A DNA stretch of 46,439 nucleotides from a virus (taxonomy: Duplodnaviria > Caudoviricetes), in IMG/VR virus record IMGVR_UViG_3300048562_000013, positions 1 through 46,439 of that record. One strand, written 5' to 3'. Shown in pieces: positions 27,485 to 34,463 of this stretch. The position numbers and the translations under genes are program-made. The first letter of the stretch is position 1. Every line of letters starts with the position of its first letter. A model generated the notes under the pieces. The model saw only the letters and a list, made by a program, of their open reading frames with translations. It ran no database searches and was not told where the DNA came from.

Positions 27485-27558
27485 AGCGAGCCGATATATT
27501 GCTGTGGAGCGCGGCGATCGGCGCCGGGCTCATTGTGGGATGGGCGATCGTCATATGA
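27481..27558 (+). CDS. 25-aa single-TM peptide
   Basis: TTG start, KRADILLWSAAIGAGLIVGWAIVI*; overlaps both neighbouring genes. Confidence 0.4.
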   Translation: MKRADILLWSAAIGAGLIVGWAIVI

Positions 27559-28229
27559 GGGCACAGGGCGGCACGGCGGTCATGGCGGCGCGCGCTTCGG
27601 CGCCGGATGCCCTGGATTATTTCCCGACGCCGCCATGGGCATCGCGGGCGCTGATCGGCGACGTGCTGCCGCAGCTCGGCGTCGCCTTCCATTATGCCGG
27701 CATGCGGCTGTGGGAACCGGCGGCCGGCGGAGGTCACATGGCGGAAACGTTGCGCCCATATTTCCTCGAGGTCTTCGCCAGCGACGTGCACGATTATGGC
27801 CGCGGCTATGCCGTCGGCTCATTTGTCGGCGAGGGGCCCGACGTGGCGCGCTGCCCTTTCAAGCCGGACCTGATCGTCACCAACCCGCCGTTCAACCGGG
27901 CCATGGAGTTCGCCGATCGCGCCCTCGATGAGGCCCGCGTCGGCGCGGCGCTGCTCGTGCGCTCGGCATGGGCGGAAGGCTGTTTCCGATATCAGCGACT
28001 GTTCCGCGACCGCCCGCCCTCGATGATTGCGCAATTCGTCGAGCGCGTCCCGATGGTGAAGGGGCGATGGGACCCTGACGCGAGCACCGCGACCAGCTAC
28101 GCCTGGTTTGTCTGGCGCAAGGCGGACCGCAGCAAGCGCTGCAGCTATGTTTGGATTCCCGATGGCGCCCGCGTCCGGCACTCGCGGGCGGAAGATCGCG
28201 AACGGTTCGCCGATCGAGATCTGGCCTGA
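27555..28229 (+). CDS. DNA amino-methyltransferase (N6A/N4C)
   Basis: DYFPTPPWA, WEPAAGGGHM, SDVHDYG, IVTNPPF, YAWFVW. Confidence 0.9.
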   Translation: MRAQGGTAVMAARASAPDALDYFPTPPWASRALIGDVLPQLGVAFHYAGMRLWEPAAGGGHMAETLRPYFLEVFASDVHDYGRGYAVGSFVGEGPDVARCPFKPDLIVTNPPFNRAMEFADRALDEARVGAALLVRSAWAEGCFRYQRLFRDRPPSMIAQFVERVPMVKGRWDPDASTATSYAWFVWRKADRSKRCSYVWIPDGARVRHSRAEDRERFADRDLA

Positions 28230-28241
28230 CGGCAGGCACAG

Positions 28242-28275
28242 AAAAAGCCCCGGTCGGATCGCTCCGGCCGGGGCT
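28242..28275 (-). terminator. Intrinsic terminator of the small-gene operon
   Basis: Minus strand AGCCCCGGCCGGA-gcga-TCCGACCGGGGCT followed by a T run. Confidence 0.8.
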
Positions 28276-28285
28276 CAAATCGCAA

Positions 28286-28528
28286 TCAGTTCGTCTTGGC
28301 TTTGCTGATACCTCTGGCGACGCAGAAGTTATTCGGGGCGCCATTGACGCCCCAGGAAACTCCACCGCCAGCATGCGGGTAGGCGTAGATATCGCCCATC
28401 CGGAAGCGCTCGCTTTCGGCAAAGCTCGTACGGCGGACCTTCTCCACCAAACGCGTGACTGCGGACTGCGTCTCAGCGTCGAGTGTCTCGAACTCGTCGC
28501 CCATGCTATAGCTGCTCTTGGTTGTCAT
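28286..28528 (-). CDS. Hypothetical protein (80 aa)
   Basis: AAGG SD before MTTKSSYSMGDEF; ends just before the terminator. Confidence 0.6.
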   Translation of the reverse strand: MTTKSSYSMGDEFETLDAETQSAVTRLVEKVRRTSFAESERFRMGDIYAYPHAGGGVSWGVNGAPNNFCVARGISKAKTN

Positions 28529-28559
28529 GGATGGTACCTTCATCTGTGATGACAAGGCC

Positions 28560-28650
28560 TCCGTCGGTGCTTCCAACACCAGCGGGGGCCGCTTATCGGG
28601 CTTCGCCCGTCGCTGCCCTCGCGAGCGGCGAGGGCAGAAAGAGGCGGCTG
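28560..28650 (-). ncRNA. Candidate three-way-junction RNA element
   Basis: GCCGC/GCGGC encloses CTGCCCTCGC/GCGAGGGCAG and CGGGC/GCCCG; a further hairpin follows. Confidence 0.45.
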
Positions 28651-28652
28651 CA

Positions 28653-28844
28653 TCAGCTCTTGTTGCCGAAGATGCGGCTGATCGAGGGCTGGTCGCCAAT
28701 CGTCCAGCGCTCTCGCGCCTTCTCGGCCGCGGCTTCCGCGTCCATCTCCGCCCGTATTTCGGCGGTCATTGTCTTGCCGATCATCGGGCGGGCGACGGCG
28801 AGGCCAACGCGTGCCCAGCCGCGCAACATTTTCTGTCCGTTCAT
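28653..28844 (-). CDS. Hypothetical protein (63 aa)
   Basis: AAAGGA SD directly after the hammerhead. Confidence 0.65.
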   Translation of the reverse strand: MNGQKMLRGWARVGLAVARPMIGKTMTAEIRAEMDAEAAAEKARERWTIGDQPSISRIFGNKS

Positions 28845-28855
28845 GTCGTTTCCTT

Positions 28856-28914
28856 TGGTTGCTCGTCAGGCCGGCGCCACCAGGGCCGGCGACGCTGATT
28901 GCTCAGCGTTTCGC
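28856..28914 (-). ncRNA. Hammerhead ribozyme, type II
   Basis: Minus strand GC-GAAA-C-GCTGA-gcaa-TCAGC-G-TC^-GCCGGC-cctggtggc-GCCGGC-CTGACGA-GC-aacca: full CUGANGA/GAAA/GUC core with stems I and III and a 2-bp stem II. Confidence 0.88.
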
Positions 28915-28945
28915 TTTTAAAAAAGGCGGGGCTTAACGCCCCGCC
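28915..28945 (-). terminator. Intrinsic terminator overlapping the stop of the 51-aa ORF
   Basis: GGCGGGGC-gttaa-GCCCCGCC-TTTTTT on the minus strand. Confidence 0.75.
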
Positions 28946-29088
28946 GCCTCCATCTCCCGTTGCGCTTCGCAGAAGCGCGCCATCGCGGCCATGTATTGGT
29001 TCGGCTTGCCAGCCTCGAGCTTGCGCTCCTCGGCGTGCAGTTTCTTCTGCGCTGCGGCGAACCGGGATTTCAGGGTGCTTTTATTCAT
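28933..29088 (-). CDS. Small basic helical protein (51 aa)
   Basis: Manual translation MNKSTLKSRFAAAQKKLHAEERKLEAGKPNQYMAAMARFCEAQREMEAAGR*; AAGGAG SD. Confidence 0.7.
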   Translation of the reverse strand: MNKSTLKSRFAAAQKKLHAEERKLEAGKPNQYMAAMARFCEAQREMEAAGR

Positions 29089-29228
29089 CGTCGTCTCCTT
29101 TGTTTGGTTGCCTTCCAGGTCTTCCGGCTCCTGCCGGTCCCTCCTGGCTTTTCGGGTCTGCCTACCGCCTCCGCTTGGGTCTGTGGCTTGGTAGGTCTGG
29201 GCTATCCCGTCGCCCTGTCTATGTACTG

Positions 29229-29350
29229 AATATAGCTATTTTCCCCTGAAATGTAAACACGTGTAGGTACAAAATGTGCTAATAAATTCCGTATACGGAT
29301 CACTTTTTCGTGATCGACAGCAATTAAGTTTTGTATTTACGTGTGCCTAC
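29229..29350. promoter_or_regulatory. Leftward sigma70-like promoter and putative RHH operators
   Basis: TTTACA-17-TATATT (minus strand, 29257-29229); GTAAACAC-gt-GTAGGTAC (29253-29270); GTATTTAC-gt-GTGCCTAC (29333-29350); palindrome TCCGTATACGGA (29288-29299). Confidence 0.65.
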
Positions 29351-29370
29351 GTTTGAGTTAGCCAGTGCCT

Positions 29371-29553
29371 ATGAGCAAACCCACGAAGAAGATGTATAAT
29401 TTCCGGTTCGATGATGACCTCATCGACAGCATCGATGCATGGCGCGAGCTGCAGCCGGTGCCCCCGTCACGGACGGATGTGTTCAGGATTGCGGTCGAGC
29501 GTTTTCTAGCCGAGGTAGCTGGCCAGAGCCGGCGAGCATCCAAGGCGAAATAG
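29371..29553 (+). CDS. Ribbon-helix-helix (Arc/CopG-like) regulator
   Basis: KMYNFRFDDDLIDSIDAWR..QP..PSRTDVFRIAVERFL. Confidence 0.85.
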   Translation: MSKPTKKMYNFRFDDDLIDSIDAWRELQPVPPSRTDVFRIAVERFLAEVAGQSRRASKAK

Positions 29554-29569
29554 CTCATCACTGGCGCTC

Positions 29570-29884
29570 TCAAATCGGAAAGTGCGGCGGGATCGCCGGA
29601 TACGGATAGGGCGATGCCGCTGGTGTAACGCCAGCCGGCGAAGCGCGGTAAACGCCGAGCGAGGCGCCTGTGGCGGGGTCGATCAGAATGAAGGTGATCG
29701 GCTGGCCAAATGCGGTTGCCTGCGCCACAGCAGCCTGCGCGGTCATCGCCGGCAAGCTGGGAATGACCGGCAGCGAGGGCGCTGACGGCGCCGGTCGCTT
29801 CAGCGCCGCGGCGAGGATGCCGATCAGCACCAGCGCGCCCGCCGCGATCGCCAAGCCTAGAAACAGCCCCTCGCCCTCGGTCAT
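29570..29884 (-). CDS. Small membrane protein, Pro-rich
   Basis: N-terminal TM LFLGLAIAAGALVLIGILAAAL; coupled to the upstream stop. Confidence 0.6.
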   Translation of the reverse strand: MTEGEGLFLGLAIAAGALVLIGILAAALKRPAPSAPSLPVIPSLPAMTAQAAVAQATAFGQPITFILIDPATGASLGVYRASPAGVTPAASPYPYPAIPPHFPI

Positions 29885-30657
29885 CAGAGCTGGACCGCCA
29901 TCGATCGCAGGACACGGTAGAGCGCCTCGCACTCCCGCGTCGGCGGCTCGCCCCACATGTCGATCGGGATCACCAGGCCTTCCGTCTCCGCGAACAGGAT
30001 CGGGTCAATCTTGGCGACGGCGTTCTGCGCTTCGACATTGGCCATGGCGGCGTCCGCGATCCGACGCGCGGTGGCCTCGATGTCGAGCACCTTGATCGCC
30101 TCGGCAGGTGCGCCGATCCGCATGTCGTAGCCGGCGAGCCGGACGCGATAAGATGTCTCCAGGATGTCGGCCGGGGGCTGGGGCAACGCCAGGGTGATCA
30201 TATGCGCGCTGTCCCGCTTGCTCTCGACGAAATCGGGGAACAGCATCGGCAACAGCGTGCCATTGCGCTCGCGCTGACGGATGATGGCGGCCGTCGCGTT
30301 GGCGATCTCGCGGGCGCTCGGCATGCCGTCATGCATCAGCCAGCGGCTCCGGCGGGCCAATCGCTGCACCTCGCTGATCAGCGCCGACGCATCGCCGAGC
30401 GCGCGGCCATCAACCGGCATCCGGTAGACGCGGGCGGCCTTGGCGGTCTCCGTCCATGCGTGGTCGGAAAAGAAGCCATAGACGATGCTGACGCCGACGC
30501 TCTTGAGCCGTTCGATGTGCTCACGCTGGGCAGGATAGCGGTCGATCGCGCGGGGCAGCGTCTTGATGTCACCGCGATATTCGGCGCCGGGGCGCCGCGA
30601 AGACGCGGGAACTGTCGCGGGCACGCCCGCGCGAGATAGCTTGATCGGCAAGTTCAT
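29884..30657 (-). CDS. Hypothetical protein (257 aa)
   Basis: AAAGGA SD; coding-like composition; ..DPILFAE....VIPIDMWGE. Confidence 0.7.
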   Translation of the reverse strand: MNLPIKLSRAGVPATVPASSRRPGAEYRGDIKTLPRAIDRYPAQREHIERLKSVGVSIVYGFFSDHAWTETAKAARVYRMPVDGRALGDASALISEVQRLARRSRWLMHDGMPSAREIANATAAIIRQRERNGTLLPMLFPDFVESKRDSAHMITLALPQPPADILETSYRVRLAGYDMRIGAPAEAIKVLDIEATARRIADAAMANVEAQNAVAKIDPILFAETEGLVIPIDMWGEPPTRECEALYRVLRSMAVQL

Positions 30658-30678
30658 CGGTTGTCCTTTCGGGGTTGG

Positions 30679-31497
30679 TCAGTTTGGGCAGGGAGTGCGG
30701 CGGGTGCGGCCGCCAACCGGCCAGACGCCGCGCTGGCCACCATCGTCGCCGGATGCAGACCACCAGCTGTCGCCGGTCGAGCCGTAGACCTCGCGGGCGA
30801 TGCGGCGCTCGAAATCGCGGAAGCCGACATGCTGGGTGCTCTCGCGCTCGCGGCCCTGCTCGTAAAGCCAGCAATGATGGCTTTCATGGGCGAGGGTGCG
30901 GGCGCGGGCGATCTTGCCGGTGCGCCAGCCGCGGGGGAAAATCTGCGGCGTGCAATCGTGCGAGTAGACGTAGGCAAGTGTATTGCCGCCATCGCGCGTC
31001 AGCTCGCGGATGCCGCGCACGAGGCGCATGTTCTCGATCAGCTCGGGCGATCCGCTGGCGGCGAAGTCGGCGAGCGTTTCGCGCATCGCGGTCTTGAACT
31101 CCGCACCGCCGTAAATCGGGATGTGCGCCAGAAAAGCCGTGTCGCCGCGCGAGCCGCCCTCATTGCCGGCGAGCTTATCGCCCTTCACGGCCGCCTCGCC
31201 CTCTCCGAAGCGCTCGCCGAGTTTTGGGTCGCGCGGTGTCGATGCGGGCTCGGGATCGGCTTGCTGGCCGGCGGGCGTGCGCTCGGATGTTGGCGCTCGG
31301 CTCTGGATATTCGTCAGCAGCAGCGTGACGACGGCGCCGCCGATCGCGGCCATGATCAGGGCGAGGATGCCGCGCGGAAGTTCGAAGTCTCTCAAATGCT
31401 CGAGCGCATACCGGACCAGCACCAGGCCGGAAAGGACGGCAGCGACAATCATCACGAGAATCGGCAGCACGCCGGGCTCGCCAAAAAGCGTCATCAC
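30679..31497 (-). CDS. Membrane-anchored putative zinc metallopeptidase
   Basis: Two N-terminal TM helices; TLAHESHHCW (HExxH). Confidence 0.6.
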   Translation of the reverse strand: MMTLFGEPGVLPILVMIVAAVLSGLVLVRYALEHLRDFELPRGILALIMAAIGGAVVTLLLTNIQSRAPTSERTPAGQQADPEPASTPRDPKLGERFGEGEAAVKGDKLAGNEGGSRGDTAFLAHIPIYGGAEFKTAMRETLADFAASGSPELIENMRLVRGIRELTRDGGNTLAYVYSHDCTPQIFPRGWRTGKIARARTLAHESHHCWLYEQGRERESTQHVGFRDFERRIAREVYGSTGDSWWSASGDDGGQRGVWPVGGRTRRTPCPN

Positions 31498-31600
31498 ATC
31501 AGCCTTGTGAAAAGCGGGCCGAGCGATGCGGGGAGAAATCGCGATCGCTCGGCCTGTCGCCCCCGGTGAATTCGGGGTAAGCGTGAGCCTCGACGCTCAC

Positions 31601-31660
31601 TTACTGGGATGATATCCAATTACTGGGATGGTTATCCCAGTATCAGGCTCTTTTTGTCAA
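31601..31660 (-). promoter_or_regulatory. Leftward promoter with palindromic operators
   Basis: TTGACA (minus strand, 31660-31655); TACTGGGAT-ggtt-ATCCCAGTA (31621-31642); second TACTGGGATG copy at 31602. Confidence 0.6.
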
Positions 31661-31685
31661 GCGTGAAGCGGACTATGTTCCGCAC

Positions 31686-31940
31686 ATGGGGCGGAACTCA
31701 TTGATTCGACTTACAGGTTTGCAATGCCGATTGGCGCGGACAGCGCTGCGGTGGACCATGGAGGATCTAGCGAAACACGCTGGGGTCTCGAAAAACACGG
31801 TCAATCACTTGGAAAAGGATCAACCGTCCAACCTGTCCACGCAGGAACAGCTACGCCGCACATTCGAGGCGCATGGAATTGAGTTCATCAACTCGAATGG
31901 ATTGCGGGTGAAGAAGTCGCCGAGCGGCGAGGGCGGCTGA
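31686..31940 (+). CDS. XRE-family HTH regulator
   Basis: QCRLARTALRWTMEDLAKHAGVSKNTVNHLE...LRRTFEAHGIEF. Confidence 0.9.
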   Translation: MGRNSLIRLTGLQCRLARTALRWTMEDLAKHAGVSKNTVNHLEKDQPSNLSTQEQLRRTFEAHGIEFINSNGLRVKKSPSGEGG

Positions 31941-32201
31941 TCACTCAGCCGGCGGGAAAACCTTCGCCTCGATGCGATCCAGCCGCTGGCGGGTCTCGGC
32001 TTCGAACTTCTCTCTGGTGAGCCTTGCCTGCGTCGGCTCGATGCCGACTTCGCGGGCGACATCCTCAAGCAGAGAGCGATCTTCGGCGTGCATGCGCTTC
32101 AGCTCGGCGACATCGCCGCGCAGTTCGGCAAAGCCGGCGCGCATTTCGGCACGCAGATCACGTAGCAGGCGCAAAACGATGTTGTCGGGTTCGTCAGCCA
32201 T
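31941..32201 (-). CDS. Small coiled-coil protein
   Basis: MADEPDNIVLRLLRDLR...RLDRIE, a pattern common in alphaproteobacterial small coiled-coil proteins. Confidence 0.65.
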   Translation of the reverse strand: MADEPDNIVLRLLRDLRAEMRAGFAELRGDVAELKRMHAEDRSLLEDVAREVGIEPTQARLTREKFEAETRQRLDRIEAKVFPPAE

Positions 32202-32233
32202 GGCCCGCATCATGCCGGAGGCAGGTTAACGGG

Positions 32234-32509
32234 TCAACCTGCCGCCTTCGCCTCAGCTTTGAGCCGCTCCTCAAGATCTTCGAGCGCGATCTCGATCACC
32301 TCGACCTTGGATTTCTCCAGCCAGACGCTGAGCCGCTCCAGGCGCTGCCGCGTCAGCTCCGTGGTCTTGATGGCAATCTGAGCCGGGCGCGTCGTACGGC
32401 GCGGGGCGCCCCTGCTGGCCGAGGCCTTCGCTTGGCTTTCACGGCCGAGGCGGCGGTCCAGCGTATCGGTGCCCAGCCGATCAAACGGGTTTCTCGTCTC
32501 TTCTCTCAT
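32234..32509 (-). CDS. ParG-like RHH partition partner
   Basis: Overlaps the parA 3' end; flexible N-terminus then QIAIKTT..TRQRLERLS...SKVEVIEIALEDL. Confidence 0.7.
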   Translation of the reverse strand: MREETRNPFDRLGTDTLDRRLGRESQAKASASRGAPRRTTRPAQIAIKTTELTRQRLERLSVWLEKSKVEVIEIALEDLEERLKAEAKAAG

Positions 32510-33125
32510 CACCCACCTCCTCCAATGCTGCCCATAGCGCCGAGATCTCGGCTCTAGCCTTCGCGCTGATCTCATTGCCGGCCTTGCCGGCGGCATCAGC
32601 GCGGACGTAATCGCTTCGCTCCGCCACGATAAGCGGCTCCACTGCCGAACGGCTGCGCAACAGGTCCGCTGCATGCTTGACCAGTGACGATCGCCGATCG
32701 GCGCGGTTGATCACATAGACCGTGCGGTCCGCCTTGCCGGCCCTCTCAATCAAATCGCGCGCCGCGCCTTGCGCTTCAAGGTCCTTTATCGACGCCTGCA
32801 CAACCACGACGACGCAATCGGCGGCGTGGATCGCCTCGCTGACGACCGCCATATCCGAGCCCGGCGTATCGATCACCATCACATCGCGCTCGCTGCGATG
32901 CTCCCTGATGTCCCGCAAGGCGCGAATCATCGACCCGCGGCTGGCGAGCATCATCGGGTTCTCCGGTCCGCCGCGGCGGCGCCACCACTCGGCCGTCGAT
33001 TGCTGGGGATCGAGATCCGCAAGGAACACCGAGCGGCCGAGCCTTGCCGCTTCCACGGCGAGGCACTCGGCCAGTGTCGATTTTCCACAGCCGCCCTTGG
33101 TGCTTATCAGCGCCACCACGAGCAT
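32481..33125 (-). CDS. parA: ParA-family (type Ib/ParF-like) ATPase
   Basis: KGGCGKST, DLDPQQS, VIDTPG, ADCVVVV, VINR; no N-terminal HTH. Confidence 0.93.
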   Translation of the reverse strand: MLVVALISTKGGCGKSTLAECLAVEAARLGRSVFLADLDPQQSTAEWWRRRGGPENPMMLASRGSMIRALRDIREHRSERDVMVIDTPGSDMAVVSEAIHAADCVVVVVQASIKDLEAQGAARDLIERAGKADRTVYVINRADRRSSLVKHAADLLRSRSAVEPLIVAERSDYVRADAAGKAGNEISAKARAEISALWAALEEVGDERRDEKPV

Positions 33126-33159
33126 GTTCGGGCCTCGCAATCCATCACATTCGCGGCAA

Positions 33160-33262
33160 GTCTAGACAGAAATCTAGCCATCTGTCTAGACGCGGTGTTT
33201 TCGCGCTGGACATCGCGCCCGCGTCCATGATATCCATTTGTCTAGACAAATTGGCTAGACAG
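33160..33262. repeat. GTCTAGAC-type repeat cluster (putative parS/operator)
   Basis: GTCTAGAC (33160), ATCTAGCC (33172), GTCTAGAC (33184), TTTGTCTAGACAAA (33237-33250), GGCTAGAC (33253); ~12-bp spacing within each group. Confidence 0.8.
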
Positions 33263-33274
33263 ATGAGGCACACA

Positions 33275-34411
33275 ATGACACAGGCGGTTTTGAAGGAGGA
33301 AATGCCCGCCGGCCGCAAGCTCTGCTGGGGCTCGCTCGGCGCGGGAAGTCTTGGCTTGGCGACCGGCCTCGCCGCGGTGGCGGTGGAGATTTCACGGAAC
33401 TATGAGTTCGGCGCCGCGAAGGGGCCGATCGTCGGCGCGACCTATGCGCTGTTCGCTGTCGGCCTGGCGGTGGTGCCAGCGATCGCACAGAAAGCGGGCT
33501 GGAATGCCATGCTGCGGACGCTGTTTGCGGTCTGCATGGCAATGACGGCCTATTTCGGCGTCGCCTATTACTCGGCCGGCATCCTGGCCAAGGCCGATGC
33601 GGCCAAGACGCGCATGGCGGCCTATCGCGATGCACGTGCTGAGATCGCAGCCGCACAGAAGGCGCGCGACGACGCCGAGGCCGAAGCCACAGCGATCGCC
33701 GAGACGGCGTCAGTCGAGGATCTGCTCGCGATCGTCGCGCGCGAGCGTGAACTGGCGCAGATCGAGGCGAAAGACCGCGGTGGCCGCGGCAAGCTGGCGA
33801 AGGCCCACGAGGATGCCGAGCAGGCGGCCATGACCCGTGTGCCGGCTGCGCGTGCCAAGGCGGCGGCTCTCGCCCGCGCCGACGCCGCTAGCGCTCGTCT
33901 CGCCAAGGCGCGTGACGATGCCAAAGGCGGCACCGTCACGACGGCGCCGCTGGCGACGCTGATTGCCGAGCAGACCGGCGGCAATGCCGAGCTGATTGCA
34001 TCGGCGATCGACCTCGGCGAGCCGCTGTTCATGGTGCTTGGCATGCTGTTCTTTGCGGCTCTGATCGATAAGTCGCTGTCGACGCTGATCTGCGGCCTCG
34101 GCCGGCGTGAGGTTGTCGCCGAACTGCCGGCGGCACCGGCCGCGAAGCTGGCTCAGAAGGCGAAGGCCAAACCGCAAGCGCCGCTGAGTGATTGCGAGCT
34201 GATCGCCCTGTTCATTGGCCAGCTTCGGATGGGCCAGGGCGAGCTGACGCCGAAAGAGCTGTACAGCCATTTCTGTGTGTTCTGGATGGCGCGGGCATCG
34301 GAGCGGGCTCTGCCGAGCCATCGCACGCTGGCCTCGTCGCTCACCGCCAAGGGCGTGGCGCGCAATCGGCGTGGCGGGCAGACGCGCTACGAGGTTGCTC
34401 TCGCCGCGTAA
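33275..34411 (+). CDS. Multi-TM/coiled-coil protein with a C-terminal D5-like winged-helix
   Basis: Three N-terminal TMs, Ala-rich coiled coil, a fourth TM, then FI...GELTPKELYSHFCVFW...PSHRTLASSL..KGV..R.GGQTRY. Confidence 0.7.
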   Translation: MTQAVLKEEMPAGRKLCWGSLGAGSLGLATGLAAVAVEISRNYEFGAAKGPIVGATYALFAVGLAVVPAIAQKAGWNAMLRTLFAVCMAMTAYFGVAYYSAGILAKADAAKTRMAAYRDARAEIAAAQKARDDAEAEATAIAETASVEDLLAIVARERELAQIEAKDRGGRGKLAKAHEDAEQAAMTRVPAARAKAAALARADAASARLAKARDDAKGGTVTTAPLATLIAEQTGGNAELIASAIDLGEPLFMVLGMLFFAALIDKSLSTLICGLGRREVVAELPAAPAAKLAQKAKAKPQAPLSDCELIALFIGQLRMGQGELTPKELYSHFCVFWMARASERALPSHRTLASSLTAKGVARNRRGGQTRYEVALAA

Positions 34412-34428
34412 GCAGTCGAGAGCAGAAT

Positions 34429-34463
34429 GGGCGGGCCGGCAGGCCTCGACTGCCGGCCCGTTC
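34429..34463. terminator. Hairpin between convergent genes
   Basis: GGCGGGCCGGCAG-gcctcga-CTGCCGGCCCGTT. Confidence 0.6.
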
